From assembly GCF_018350175.1 (NCBI RefSeq), contig NC_058368.1, forward strand, positions 139,502,001 to 139,566,000: a stretch of 64,000 bases of DNA, read 5' to 3'. The notes below the pieces were generated by a model that was not told where the DNA came from, did not search any database, and saw only the letters and a list, made by a program, of their open reading frames with translations. Each line of letters starts with the position of its first letter. Within the stretch, counting starts at the first letter, position 1. Below are positions 37,786-50,899 of the stretch, in pieces. The stretch is from Felis catus (taxonomy: Eukaryota). A program made the position numbers and the translations under genes.

Positions 37786-39537
37786 AAGTAGCCAAACATA
37801 ATTGTTTCAGCCAAAAATAATTAATAAGAGATTGCATTCTTTACTCCAAATGCTGAGGAACATTAACAGGATGCAATGTATAACCCACATGGACTCTTAA
37901 CTTCCTCCACTCTGCAACTGCTTGCATCCTGAGAAAGTTCCAGAACTTCTCACACACTTAATTTCCAAACAGTTTCTTCAGGCCTTGTTCTGAATAATTT
38001 TTATTTTCACTCTCGCCAATGCCCCTGTTTTCTTTCCCAACAAGTAAGAATTCTTCTTCTTCTTCTTCTTTTTTTTTTTTTTGTCTGTTTTATTTGTTTT
38101 GATGGGAAAGGAAGCAGAAAAGAGAAAGAAAACTGAACTAAAGAAAAGGAAGTTATCCTTAGCTACATGCTATCAATGAAATGTTAATAATTTTTATCAT
38201 TGGAAACAAAACTGACACCTTTCCCTGCTTCCATTATGGGTAAGTGTGTACATCATTTCTTTCAGTCAGGGAGAAAGTTTGTGCCTGAGGATAAACTAAA
38301 ACTAATAAACAAAAAAATAGGGATACCGTGTCTAAGTCTTGAAGCCTGAGCTTTCCTATAAGTTACTAACTCACTTTTAAAATAACTTCATTTTTGTTGA
38401 CTTTTGCAGATCTGATGTATGAAGCTATGTGACTGTGCTAGTTGTTAAGTTATTGTCTCTCAGCTCCAAAGCACCCTTCTTTAAAAAAAAAAAATTTTTT
38501 TTTAATGTTGACTTATTTTTGAGAGAGAGAAATAAACAGAGCATGAGCAGGGGAGGGGCAGAGAGAAAGGGAGACTCAGAATCCAAAGCTCAGAGCTGTC
38601 AACACAGAGTCCGATGCAGGGCTTGAACCCACGAACCGTGAGATCATGACCTGAACTGAAGTCGGACACTTAACTGACTGAGCCATCCAGGCGCCCCAAA
38701 GTGCCATAACATTTTAGATTTTATCTTAGTATTTTTGAAGCAGAATATGAAACTGAAAAAACTTTGTTTTGGTTTGATAATGTGAGAATACACACATGTA
38801 AACACGTTTTGAAGCTAGAACTTCACAGACAGGTTATATGTACTGCTATCTGTAAGTGCCTTGAGGTTAGGGACCAGACCTTGTATTTAGTTCAAGTTTC
38901 TGGAATATTTCAGGATCTCAATATATATCTTTGAAAATACACACACACAAAAATAATGTGCTCTCTCTTAAATGGGTCCTCTGATATGCTGCCCAGCAAC
39001 TGATACAATGGCAGAAGTCCTAGATTTTCCTTTTATTTTTATAACTCTATCTTCTGGCTTCCTGTTTTAGACTGTATTTTCTTCCTTCACAGTATGCTCA
39101 TTTTTTTTGTAGTAAGTCTCTTTCTTTTAATCCCTTGAGGAAAGTTTTACTATGTCTTCATTTTCGTCACAAAGAATTCACTTTTACCAAAGAATTTGAA
39201 AGCAATGTACTTTTTAAAAACATTTTTGTGGGGTCCCTAGGTGGCTCAGTCGGTTAAGCATCTGACTTCAGCTCAGGTCATGATCTCACACTCCGTGAGT
39301 TTGAGCCCTGCGTCAGGCTCTGTGCTGACAGCTCAGAGCCTGGAGTCTGCTTCATATTCTGTGTCTCCCTCTCTCTCTGTCCCTCCCCTGCTCATGCTCT
39401 GTCTCTCTCTGTCTCAAAAAAAAAAAAATAAAAACATTAAATATTTTTTTAAACATTTTCGTTATTGAGGTAAAATTTAAATAGGGTGAAATGCAGGTAT
39501 CTTAAATGTATAATTTGATGGATGTTCTTAAATATAA

Positions 39538-39795
39538 ACCAGGCTGCATTATGACTTCCCTGGGCCCTAGGTACTTTTGCATTCGTGGGCTTCTTTCTTT
39601 ATACAAAATGTTAAGAATTATATTTTACAATCGTGTTGGTAGAACAACCAATACAATCCAAGCTACACACATTATTGCTATATTCATTTTATGTTTCTAA
39701 CTTTAAAAGAAATTAAAATGAAAATATTTTCACGGCCCATAAAAATCCTCTGAGTCCTAGGCACTGTACCTACTGTGCCTAATGTAGAAGTCAAC
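39538..39795. mobile_element. ORSL-like hAT-Tip100 non-autonomous DNA transposon
   Basis: tgggccctaggtacttttgc...cctaggcactgtacctactgtgcctaatg matches the recalled ORSL consensus. Confidence 0.6.
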
Positions 39796-39839
39796 ACATC
39801 TGTGTAACCATCACCCTGATCAAGATATAGAATATTTCT

Positions 39840-40065
39840 TTTTTTTTTTTTTAATTTTTTTTCAACGTTTATTTATTTTTGGGACAGAGAGAGACAGAGC
39901 ATGAACAGGGGAGGGGCAGAGAGAGAGGGAGACACAGAATCGGAAACAGGCTCTAGGCTCTGAGCCATCAGCCCAGAGCCCGACGCGGGGCTCGAACTCC
40001 CAGACCGCGAGATCATGACCTGGTTGAAGTCGGACGCTTAACCGATTGTGCCACCCAAGCGCCCC
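39840..40065 (-). mobile_element. Young felid SINE (SINEC_Fc-type)
   Basis: TSD tagaatatttct (39828-39839 / 40066-40077); CpGs retained. Confidence 0.92.
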
Positions 40066-42969
40066 TAGAATATTTCTGTTATCTCAGAAAGTTTTCTTGT
40101 GCTTCCTTCCATTCGGTCCCCACCCCCAAAGGCAACCATTCTTCTGATTTCTATCACCATATTCTTGAGCTTTATATAAATCACAGTTTGTACTCTTTTA
40201 TATCTGGTTTCCTTCATCAAGAAATTTTTGTGATTCCTTTTTATTGCTGAGCAGTATTTCATTTCATAAGACACCATAATCTGTTTATCAATTCTCCTAT
40301 AAGTGGACATTTGGGTTGTTTCTTGTTTGGGACTACCATGAATAAAATTGTTATGAACATTCTTGTATAAGTTTTTTTGTGGACATCAAGTTTTTGTTTT
40401 TCTTGAAAAATCACCTACGAATGGAAATACTGGGTCCTAGGAATGGAAAATACAGATGTATTATTTAATTTGTAAGAAACTGCCAAACTGATTTCCAAAG
40501 TAGTTTTTTCTTTTTATGCTACCAGCAGCAAGCGATACGTGGGAGTCATGGTGCTCCATACCAACATTTGTTCATTTTAATTCTAGACATTTTTATGGGT
40601 GCAAAGTGGCACCATATTGTGCAATATTTTCCCCGAAAATTTTAAAGAGAAGTAATAAAAAATGAAGTTTGTGTTGCCCTATCCAATGTTGAACTTGAAA
40701 AACACCCTTTAGACACGTTTTGTTCAAGATTCTTTTCACCAATACCTAATACCTAATGAGTCTCTATTTTTCTCCTTAATTGTTATCCGTCAGTTCCTCC
40801 TCTAGATTTTGGCCGTAGTAATCATCAGATCATTGGCTATTTTAATGAAAACAGTTTCAGAAAAGTGGGTAGGGGCAAAATCTAGAGTGTAATTGTTCAG
40901 ATGCTACATATTAAGCTGTCTTCATGTTTTCATAAAGAAAACAATCTGCTCACCACAGCAATAGTTAGCAATGTAAATTTTACAGATTATTTCCTAGAGG
41001 AGATAGATGAAGGTATGTATATTGCATAGCTCACAGAATTTTCTAGAAAATTCCTTGTTAGACTCCTCCCTAATCTCTCCCCCCCTCCCTCCCACTGTCA
41101 GTTATCAGCCCTCCCTCCCTCTTATTCAATTTCTCTCCCTTGTCTGCATATTCCACTTGGTCATGAATACTGGCACTGTCTTCAGTTTGAGAAGGGTTGC
41201 CATTCATTATTGAGGAGAAAAACAAGCCGTAGACCAACTGCCTTCCTTTAGAAGACAATGAGGGATTATATAGGTAAAAAAAAAAAAAGTTCTGTAACAT
41301 TGGTTTTCTTTTTTTTTTTCTTTCTGAATTACCTTTGGTGCCTTGATTACTTAATATAAAAAACATTTTCTTCTATGTAATAATAGCAAAGTCATCAAGA
41401 AACAGTCCACCTGTCAGATTTCATAAAAAGATCTTGTCAAAACAAATATATATTTAAATTAAAAAAAATAAAAACACTCTACCACCACTATTACCACAAA
41501 TGCAAACCTCACTGTTGGTGCTGTAGTTTGGAAATCTGCTATAACATCATGTGCCCTTACCTCTACCCTGCACAATTATGAATGGCTGCTCTGTTGTACC
41601 ATGACTGGGATGCATGGTTCTTTGGAATACATTGTATCTGTGCCCTCCAACAAAGCAGGAAAAGTAATAACTTTTATGGATGCCAAGGAGTCTTATAGTT
41701 TCCTCTTAAAACCTGTAGATGAGAAAATACACCTGGGTAGAATTTAAAATGACATAAAAAGAGAAGGTATTATTCTATGCAGAACAAAGGAGAGGCAGAT
41801 TGGATTTAGCTGAACGCTATCTATTGCCTTGAGGATTATTTTTTATATTCATTTTACTACTTTATTCTTTTTTTGATCTCAAAAAAGTATGTGTGTGTGT
41901 CACCTTAATATCTTGGTTTTGAAATTGCTATTGTTTAGACTTGTGCAAGTAAAAGTAAATCTTGAGTAATACAACAATTAATTTTTAGTTGAGTAATAAA
42001 AGCTATTCAATGGGTCCTTGGCATCCTGGGCATTTACTGTTTCCCCTCCTCTGTTATTAACGCTACATTTATTGAGCATTGAATATGAACGTGACAGGGA
42101 TGGTACAGATAATAGTTCTTTTGAGTTCCCAGATCTTTGTCTCGGTCTGAGTTTGATGACAAACCAGTAAACCACTTATTGCAATGCAGTGTGTTAAATG
42201 GGAGGCACTTCACTCAAACTGGGGTCTGGTGCCTGGGATGAGAAGTTTTAAGGAATGCTTTCAGTTTTTATGGTCCAGGAAAGATGATTAGAGAGAGAGA
42301 GAGAGAGAGAGAGAGCATCAAAGTCTTAAATGATGGATGGATTTTTTTCTAAATATCTGAACTTTGCACCCTTATCATTGATTGACTGATCCATTTCTTC
42401 CTGATGGAATTATAAGGTATGTTAAATTACTGTTACATATTATAACGTTTGTTTACACAAATGGGAGTTTCCTGTTCAGTTCCATTCATTTTTGCATTCT
42501 TATGCTGTGTCTAAACTTTTAATTAGCACAGTTTTATCATGTTTTGATATCTGGGAGGCCTCGTCCCCCTCAATGTTCTTCTTTATAACATTTTCCTTGC
42601 CATTCTTACCAGTTCTTTCACATGAATTGTAGGATTGTTTTGTCAACGCACTCTCCTCCCCAAACAGTTTTGTGGGGAACTGAATAAGGGTTACGTTAAA
42701 TCCACACGTTAATGTGGGCTGAATTGACATGTTTCTACTCTTCAGTCTTTTCAGGATTGGATTTTTTTTTTTAATAAGGAGCAAAGATTTATTCGCATTA
42801 TCTTAGAAAATTAGGGGTTTCTCATAAGAAGAAGTAATGGAGACATTTGTTTATATTCTGTATGTATTTCTGAAGTTTGCTGTTTTCCTCCTCATGGCAC
42901 ATTCTTTTTTTTTTTTTAACTTATCTATGATATTTTAGATATTTTGGTTGCTATCATGAGTAGGATTAC

Positions 42970-43075
42970 TTTATATTTCCTTATATTTCCTTTATATTTC
43001 CTTTATATTTCCTTATAGAGGAAAGGTATTTTTTAAGCTTCTATTTTATTCAGCCACTTTACCAGTCCTCTTTTT

Positions 43076-43150
<75 letters not shown>
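42970..43150. repeat. (TTATATTTCC)n minisatellite (~42970-43017) and (CTTT)n SINE-tail microsatellite (~43077-43150)
   Basis: Directly visible. Confidence 0.9.
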
Positions 43151-43151
<1 letters not shown>

Positions 43152-46100
43152 TTTTAGTTTATTTATTTATTTTTGAGGGGGGTGGGCAGAGAGAGAGGGA
43201 GAGAGAATCCCAAGCAGGCTCCACACTGTCAGGTACAGCCCAAAGTGGGGCTGTATCTCAGGAACCTTGAGATCATGACCTGAGCTGAAATCAAGAGTCA
43301 GATGTTTAACCGACTGAGCCACCCAGGCACCCCAAGTCCTGTTATTTCTAGAAGGTTTCCCATGGATTCTTTTTGAGCTTCTATGTAAACAAAATCATTT
43401 TCAAATAATGACTATTTAGGCTCTTTTCATTAAGTTGTTTTCAAACCAATCACTGTGGAGGCAGCATGAAAGATGGGAAAGTAGAAGTGAAGGCATGGAA
43501 ATCAGATAAGAAATTATGGTGATCAGGGGGCACCTGGGTGGCTCAGCCAATGAAGCCTCTGGTTCTTGATTTCAGCTCAGGTCATGATCTCACGGTTCAT
43601 GAGTTCCAGCTCTGCATTGGGCTCCGCACTGTCGGTGCAGAGCCTGTCTGGGATTCTCTCTATCTCTGCTCCTCCCCCACTTGCACGTGCTTGCTCTCCC
43701 TCTCTCTCCCTCCCTCTCAAAACAAATTTTTCAAAAATTTAACAAAAAGAATGAAATTATGGTGATCAGGAACTGACGCAGATTGATAAAGGTTGAATGG
43801 AGAGGATGGATTAAGAGAAAATCAGAAGGTAGAAAGTGCAGGACTCAGTGATTTGGGGTAAGGGAGTAGGAGGATGACTTCCAGACTTCAGCCTTGACTC
43901 TGTAGAAATAGAATTACACAAGTTTTTTGTGGAAAAGAATAGAGTTACTCGGTTAGCAGTTTATTGTGTGTTTATGAGTAACAATGAGGATACCAAAATT
44001 TCTGGGCTACATAGGCTGGGGCATAGTTTGGGAACAGTAAAGTAGGTAAGCCAGGTGTCCTTGTTCTTGCAGCAGCTTGATGGGCCCTTGCATTTATGGT
44101 AACGGCTTCTCTCTGTTTCTGTGTTATTACTCCCAACTATCGCACCCTCTGCCTCAGGTCTCTTACTTATTCATAGTTTCTGTTTACTCACGGCTTCCGT
44201 GTACTGTATTCTGAGTGTCTTTGAATTCTGTTCCTGCTACCATCTGCTTGGCTCTTTCCTCAGACCTACAGTTTAAATTTCCTAGGAAGAGAATTGCTCT
44301 AACCAAACATTGTCCCTATTATAATTGAGTTTTCCTATCAGGGCACTTAATAGGCAGCTGATCAGTTTCTGGAATGGCTGCCTCCAGGCAGGTGTTCGCT
44401 CTTCGTCCAATCGGCTGAGGCAACCTTTGGATAAGGGAAACACCTAGGACTTCTACAGTCAGCAAGATCTTTGGGGGAAGGGGCTCACCATCACCAACAT
44501 AGAAGAGGCCTGTGGACATAGTCACAGGCTATGGCTTACTCTACCTGCTACTACACTACAGAAGGAAGAATGGGTTGGGGAAGGGAGAGGGAGGGGTAGT
44601 CGCAAGTTAGGTTTTGGTCATGTTTCATTAGAGGGGCTTATAGTATATCTCCATAGATATGTCCTGTGGGCTGTGGATAACTCTGGCCTGAAGTTTGGGA
44701 CCTTCGGAAGCATTTTTCAGTATTTTTCGGCAGGTGCTACTACTCTCTTGTAGGACCTGCTATATTATAATAAGTAATTAACTTCTTTCAAAATACCGGA
44801 TTATTAGCTCCTTGAAGCCAAGGATTTGGTCTTTTTCATCTTTATATCCTCAGTGCCGGACACATAGTAAATGCTTAATAATTATATGTTGAAGGAATGC
44901 GTAGTTGTGATTTAGAACCTGAACATTAGGGACGTTTCCAAGTAGACTGATAATACGATAACATCATGGTATTTTCCCCTATTTCGTACTTGAAAAATAA
45001 GAGAAGGGAAAAGAAACTTTTTAGCTTTTGATATCTTTCAGTACATATCAACAATTTATATAATCTTAGTTCAATGAATATCTTAACATATCATCTTCCA
45101 TATTGTGTTTTTTTCTGTTTAGCATTCTTATGTACATGGATTTCCAGTGAGGTATCCATATAGTAGATATTTTTATGAACTTCCATTGTTTGATATATCA
45201 CTCTACTCAACCATGCCCCAGTTGTTGGATGTTGATAGTACAGTGTCAATCAACATAACACTGGCGTAGGTGTATAAATTAACTTTAATCTCAATATAGA
45301 GGTTTTAATGTTTAAAGTCCCTCCACACTGCCTAGATAGCTACACAAGAATTCCAAATATCTTACTGAAATATACACAAGGGTTTATTAATTAGTTGAGG
45401 ACTATGAGAAACGATCTTTTTTAGATACAATTTTTTATTGGTCAAGTGAGTGAGTGGTGTTCAAGATAGGCTGTGTATTCATCATTGCCTTTCAACAAGG
45501 TGTAAGAATCCAGGAGGGCCACAGGTTTTTACCTTTGATTTAGTGCCTGAGGTCTAAGGCTTTGTTTTATCTGGTCACTATCTCCTCGTGAAAGATTTTG
45601 TTTCCTAATAACTAGAGGATTAACTGTGTAGCTCCTGAGCCCGCTCAGAGTGAACTTCTGTTGCATTCAGAGTGCCTGAAGCCAGAAATTGTGGTCTGAC
45701 CTAAGTTTATAACAACCAGCTACATGACTGCTTTTGTGTTTGCTTGCTTACAAAAGTAGTTTGGCAGAACTTAAGGTTTGCTTTTATTTTAACATATCAC
45801 CTGGAAGCCTGGTTGTGTGAGAGAGGCCCATGGATGCTCCACCTTTAATCATCTGACATCTAATGACCTGATTTTAACCCGACCAGTGTTGAACAAATGG
45901 GCTTACATTGGTTCATGATAGACTACTTGCAAATGTTCCCTGTCATAAATAAGTGACAAGAATGAGATTTTTAAATAGGAAAGTACAATCCCCTGAGATT
46001 AAAGTATATAAATCCCCTGAGATAAAGCATATAAGTAAACTGAGGGCCTCTAAAGGTGAAGTGATTTAAGACCCATACAATTGTTAGGGCAGGGCTGAGG

Positions 46101-48368
46101 CTAAACCCCAGTATCTTGTAGCCTGGAATGGTGAAAACACTTCTCTCCACTTTTCCAGGGACATCCAAGTTTTCCCAGTAATGGGCTACACGGTGATGGT
46201 GAAGGCTCTATGAGGTTTTGTTGATTAAAATTTGTGTAAAAAAAAGTCCAAAGTTGGTATATGAGGACCGAAGTTTTTTGGAAGCTTCATGTGCATTGTT
46301 TGGAGGTTTCATTTATGCTTGTTTTTCTTTTCAAGTTTATTAACCTTCGCAACCACAGTTTCATGATCTAATTTTTACAACGTTAAACTGGAACATATTA
46401 AACTTATATAATTATGTTCAGCTTCACTTATAGTTACGAATCAGTCCAGACTGCTACCATGACTCCTAGCTCCCTTCAGTTATACAACGGTTAATATCCT
46501 CAGTGATGTATAGATTCATATAAGTTACTTCACTAGACAATTGTAGAGGCCTCAAGTATTTCAGAGAAGTTACAGATTATATACCATGCTCACTTTTATA
46601 ATATATCCAATAGTTATATCCTAGCTGTATCCTAATGGGACATTTTTTCAAGCTGGCTTCCTTCATTAGTCTGGCTGATCTTGGGTAAATCATTTAACCT
46701 CTCCAGACCTTCTGTTATGAGAATCGAGGTATAAAATCTCTAAAAACAATTCTCATCTCAAGACTGCCCTTCATTTTTCACAACTTGGGTGCCTCTTAAC
46801 CTTCATGTTTACTTCCAAAGTGTACTCTAGACCCCTGCCTTTTTTTTTTACAACTTAGATTGGGTATTTTAGAAGGAAACCTTCCCGTCCCTTGAGACTA
46901 GAACCAATCTTCAGAAGCCTTAACCTGCCCAAAATCAAAGGTAAATCTTAGGAAAAAGGAAACTCTCCTTTCTTACCCAACCTCAAAATGCACTTTTTCT
47001 CTACTCATACCTGATGTCCCACACTCTTCAGTTTTCCTGAGATTATAATGTTTTTCTCTTCTGGACAAAACACCATTCCCTGTAAATGTTGTATTTTCTG
47101 GGGCACCTGGGTGGCTTAGCCAGTTAAGTGTCTGATTCTTCATTTCAGCTCAGGCCATGATCTCACAGATCTTGAGTTCAAGACCCATGTCAGGTTCTGC
47201 ACTGACAGCGCACAGCCTGCTTAGGATTTTCTCTCTCCCTCTCTCTTTGCCCCTACCCTGCTCATGCATGCACGTGCTCGCTCTCTCTCTCAAAATAAAT
47301 AAAAATAAATAAATAAATGTATTTTCTATTTCCAAGAAAGGAAGAAGATATCAGCCAGCTCCCATTCATGACCCAAAGGATAGGTTTTTTCCAAACTCCA
47401 ACCGACTTTAATATTTTTTCTTACTAGTTTTTCCTCACTCCTGTTCTATTTAATTAAACTTCTCTTCTTTGTTTCATTATAAAAACAATCAGCAATCACT
47501 GTAGAAAATTTGGAAATTACAGAAAATTACCAAAAAGCAGGGTAAAACCAGTGTTAATCTACCTACCCACAGAGAGTCACTGACCACATCTTGACTGTTT
47601 CTTTTAGTCTTTTTTGCTTCTTTTTGTGACCTCTCATTTTATCCACCCAGTTGTCTTTCCCTATATGCCTTCACTGTCTGAGAATTCTCAACCTACCCAA
47701 ACCACCAGACTAAAAGATCCAAGAACTTGAAAAGGAAATTGAGTTCTGGAATATGCACAACAGTCCCCTCTTTTTCAGACCATTTCCTCCCCAATTTTTG
47801 AAATTATAAATATTTTCAAACACACACAAGAAAGTTGAAATAAAATTAAATCCTGAATGCCTATCACCTAAGTTCAATAATTTTTAACATACTGCAATTT
47901 TATTTTATCTCTATGATCTACACATACCTTTTCTCTTCTGAATTATTTGAATGTAAGGAGGCAGACCTCATGGCACTTTATCTCTAAACACTTTAGCAAG
48001 CATCTTCTAAGAATAAGACATTTTTTAGATAATGACCATACCATTACTGCCCTAAAATTTTTATTTTTCAATGTTTATTTATGTATTTAGGAGGGGGAAG
48101 GCCAGAGCGTGAGAATCCCTGTCCCCTGCGTCGTTAGCCCAGAGCCCGATGGTGGCTTCATCTCATGAACCGTGAGATAATGACCTGCGTCTAAATCAAG
48201 ACTTGGAAGCTTAACCAACTGAGCCACTCAGCCACCCCTGCCCTTAAATGATTAAGAATAGTTTCACAATATCATCTAGTATCCAGTCCCTATTCAAATT
48301 TGCCCCATTATCCCAAGAAGGCATTTGTTGCTTTCTTTTGAACTAAGATTCAGTCACGTATTGGCATA

Positions 48369-48826
48369 CAATAGTCTCCCCTTATCTTTAGGGAATATAT
48401 TCCAAGACCCCCAGTGAATGCCTGACATTAGATAGTACTGAACTCTACATAGGCTGGGGTTTTTTCCTATACATACATACCTATGGTAAAGTTTTAGTTT
48501 ATTCACCAGGGACAGTCACAGATAAACAATAACTAATAATAAAATAGAGCAAGTATAACAATAGACTGTAATGAGAGTGTCGTGAAATGGTCTTTCTTTC
48601 TCTCAAAGTATCTTACTACACTGCACTCACCCTTCTTAGGATGTGAGACAATAAAATGCCTACGTGATGTGATGAGGTGGGTGAATGACTAGGCACTGTG
48701 ACAGAGCTTTAGGCTACTGTTGACCTTATGATCAGTCAGAGGGAGGCTCATCTGCTTCTGGAGTGCTGTGAACTGCGGGTAAATTAAACTGTGTAAAGCG
48801 AAGCCACAAATAAAGAGGGACTTTTG
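48369..48826. mobile_element. MER44-like (Tigger/TcMar) DNA transposon
   Basis: Imperfect TIRs caatagtctccccttatc / ...ataaagagggacttttg, flanked by TA on both sides; internal gttccaagacccccagtg-type text. Confidence 0.8.
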
Positions 48827-48912
48827 TACTGTATTTACTTATCTCTTCAGGATCTTTTAATCTAGAATGATCTCTCCTCCTTTATTATTTGTTCAAATGA
48901 GCTTTACTTTTT

Positions 48913-49128
48913 TTTTTTTTTCCAACGTTTTTTATTTATTTTTGGGATAGAGAGAGACAGAGCATGAACGGGGGAGGGGCAGAAAGAGAGGGAGACACAG
49001 AATCAGAAACAGGCTCCAGGCTCCGAGCCATCAGCCCAGAGCCTGACGCGGGGCTCGAACTCACGGACCGCGAGATCGTGACCTGGCTGAAGTCGGAAGC
49101 TCAATCGACTGCGCCACCCAGGCGCCCC
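48913..49128 (-). mobile_element. Young felid SINE (SINEC_Fc-type)
   Basis: 18-bp TSD aaatgagctttacttttt (48895-48912 / 49129-49146); CpG-rich. Confidence 0.92.
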
Positions 49129-50899
49129 AAATGAGCTTTACTTTTTGAAGTCAGACCATGTTTTACCACCACGTTTTAAACTTATTCCCACTTCAGAATT
49201 AGCACAATGCACTTTCACTTGTATAATTGCAATTACCTCCCCACTCAAGTTTTGACTCCAGTCTATCCAATACGTGTTGTTGATGAGATTATTTTCTTAC
49301 AGAGCATCCCATGTCACCTTCAGTTTCAAGCCCAGTCATTCAGAGTCCTGCACCTACCATAGAAGCATGACTTGAACTGGGCCAATTAGAGTGAATTTCA
49401 GGATTTTTTTTTTTTTTTACTTTTTTTCAAGTATTTTTTTTTTCATTTATTTTTAGAGAGCAATAGAGAGAATGAGCAAGAGAGGGGCAGACAGAGAGGG
49501 AGAGAGACTCTCAAGCAGACTCTGCACTGTCAGCTCAAAACCCGATGTGGGACTTGAACTCATGAACTGTGAGATCATGACCTGAGCCAAAACCAACACT
49601 CAGACACTTAACTGACTGAACCACCCAGATGCCTATCAAGATTTTGATGGAAATGACCAGAAACTACTCTTACTGTTCTTGCTAGACTTTGAGCTTGAGA
49701 GCTTTTGAGGCTAGAGGACCCACAACAAACTTGCCACCATTAGAGGAGAGACTCAAGTTGCTGTGGCTGCACTTAATAGAGCCAGAAAAAGAAGGCAACA
49801 TGACCAAAGGCAGAGCAGAGAAGTAGAGAGAAATAAAGCCTGGTCGTAACTGGAGGCCTGAATCTAGCTATGTAGAAGTCAGAGCTACCTCCTGGACTTT
49901 TTAGTAACGTGAGCCAATAAATTCCCCTTTCTTGGCAAGCTAGTTCACGTTGGATTTCCTGTCACTTAACCACCCAAAGAGTCCCAGCAGATACATGCTT
50001 TACAAATGCACTTTCACAATAATCACTGATTCTTAGCAACTCTTTGAATTTGAGCCTCAGAAAAGTTTAAGAACTCTTGAAATGGAATACTGTTGTATGG
50101 TGGAACTGGAATGACACATAAATTTTGTGAATCCATAGTCATTCATTTTCTGCGTACATTCTCTTCCTGTAAATTATTCAAAAAGGTCACGCAATCACAT
50201 GGTTCAAAACTCGCAATACATAAAAAGGTTAACAATGTCTCTCATCTGCTCTGTTCCCAGCACCCTCCTCCCCATGGGGGGTTTCTTGGGTATATCTCCA
50301 GAATATGTAGTTTTCCATATTCCCTTTTTTACACAAAAGAATGGATATAACACACGGTGTTGCAAATTTTTCTTTAAATTAACATATATTGAAAATCTTG
50401 CTATATCAGTAACAATAACAAAAGAATACACTTACATAGTGCTTACTTTGTGTCAGGCATTGTTTCCGAATGCTTTACATAAATTAACTATTTATTTAAC
50501 CATCACAACAATTCTGCTGATAGGTAGTGTTTTAAAGATGAGGAAACACAGATAGAGAAAAGTAAGTAGGGGGCACCTGGGTGGCTCAATCGGTTAAGTG
50601 ATCAACTCCTGGTTTTGGCTCAAGTCATGATCTGGTTTTGTGAGTTCAAGCCCTGAGCAGGGCTCAGTGCTGACAGCATGAAGCCTGCTTGGGATTTTCC
50701 CTCTCCTTCTGTCTCTGCCCCTCCCCAACTCGTGTTGTCTCTGTCTCTCTCAGAATAAATAAACTAAAAAAAGAAGAAAAAAAAAGAAAAAAAGAAAAGA
50801 AAAGTAAGTAGTGGAGCCAGGATGTGAAACCAGGCAGTCTGACTCCAGAATTCAGCCGCTAAATCACTATTCCAAACTGACTGACAATATTGTTTAGTG

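Larger units (their letters stand above)
33478..50800. mobile_element. Can-SINEs: + at ~33478, 39229, 43526, 47100, 50569; - at ~38480, 43070, 48055, 49405
   Basis: SINE bodies; TSDs such as gaaattatggtgatcagg and gaaaagtaagtag. Confidence 0.85.

Noticed and set aside
41070..41366. Minus-strand ORF with a protein-like segment (NGNPSQTEDSASIHDQVEY)
   Set aside because: No recognisable homologue and no clear exon boundaries.
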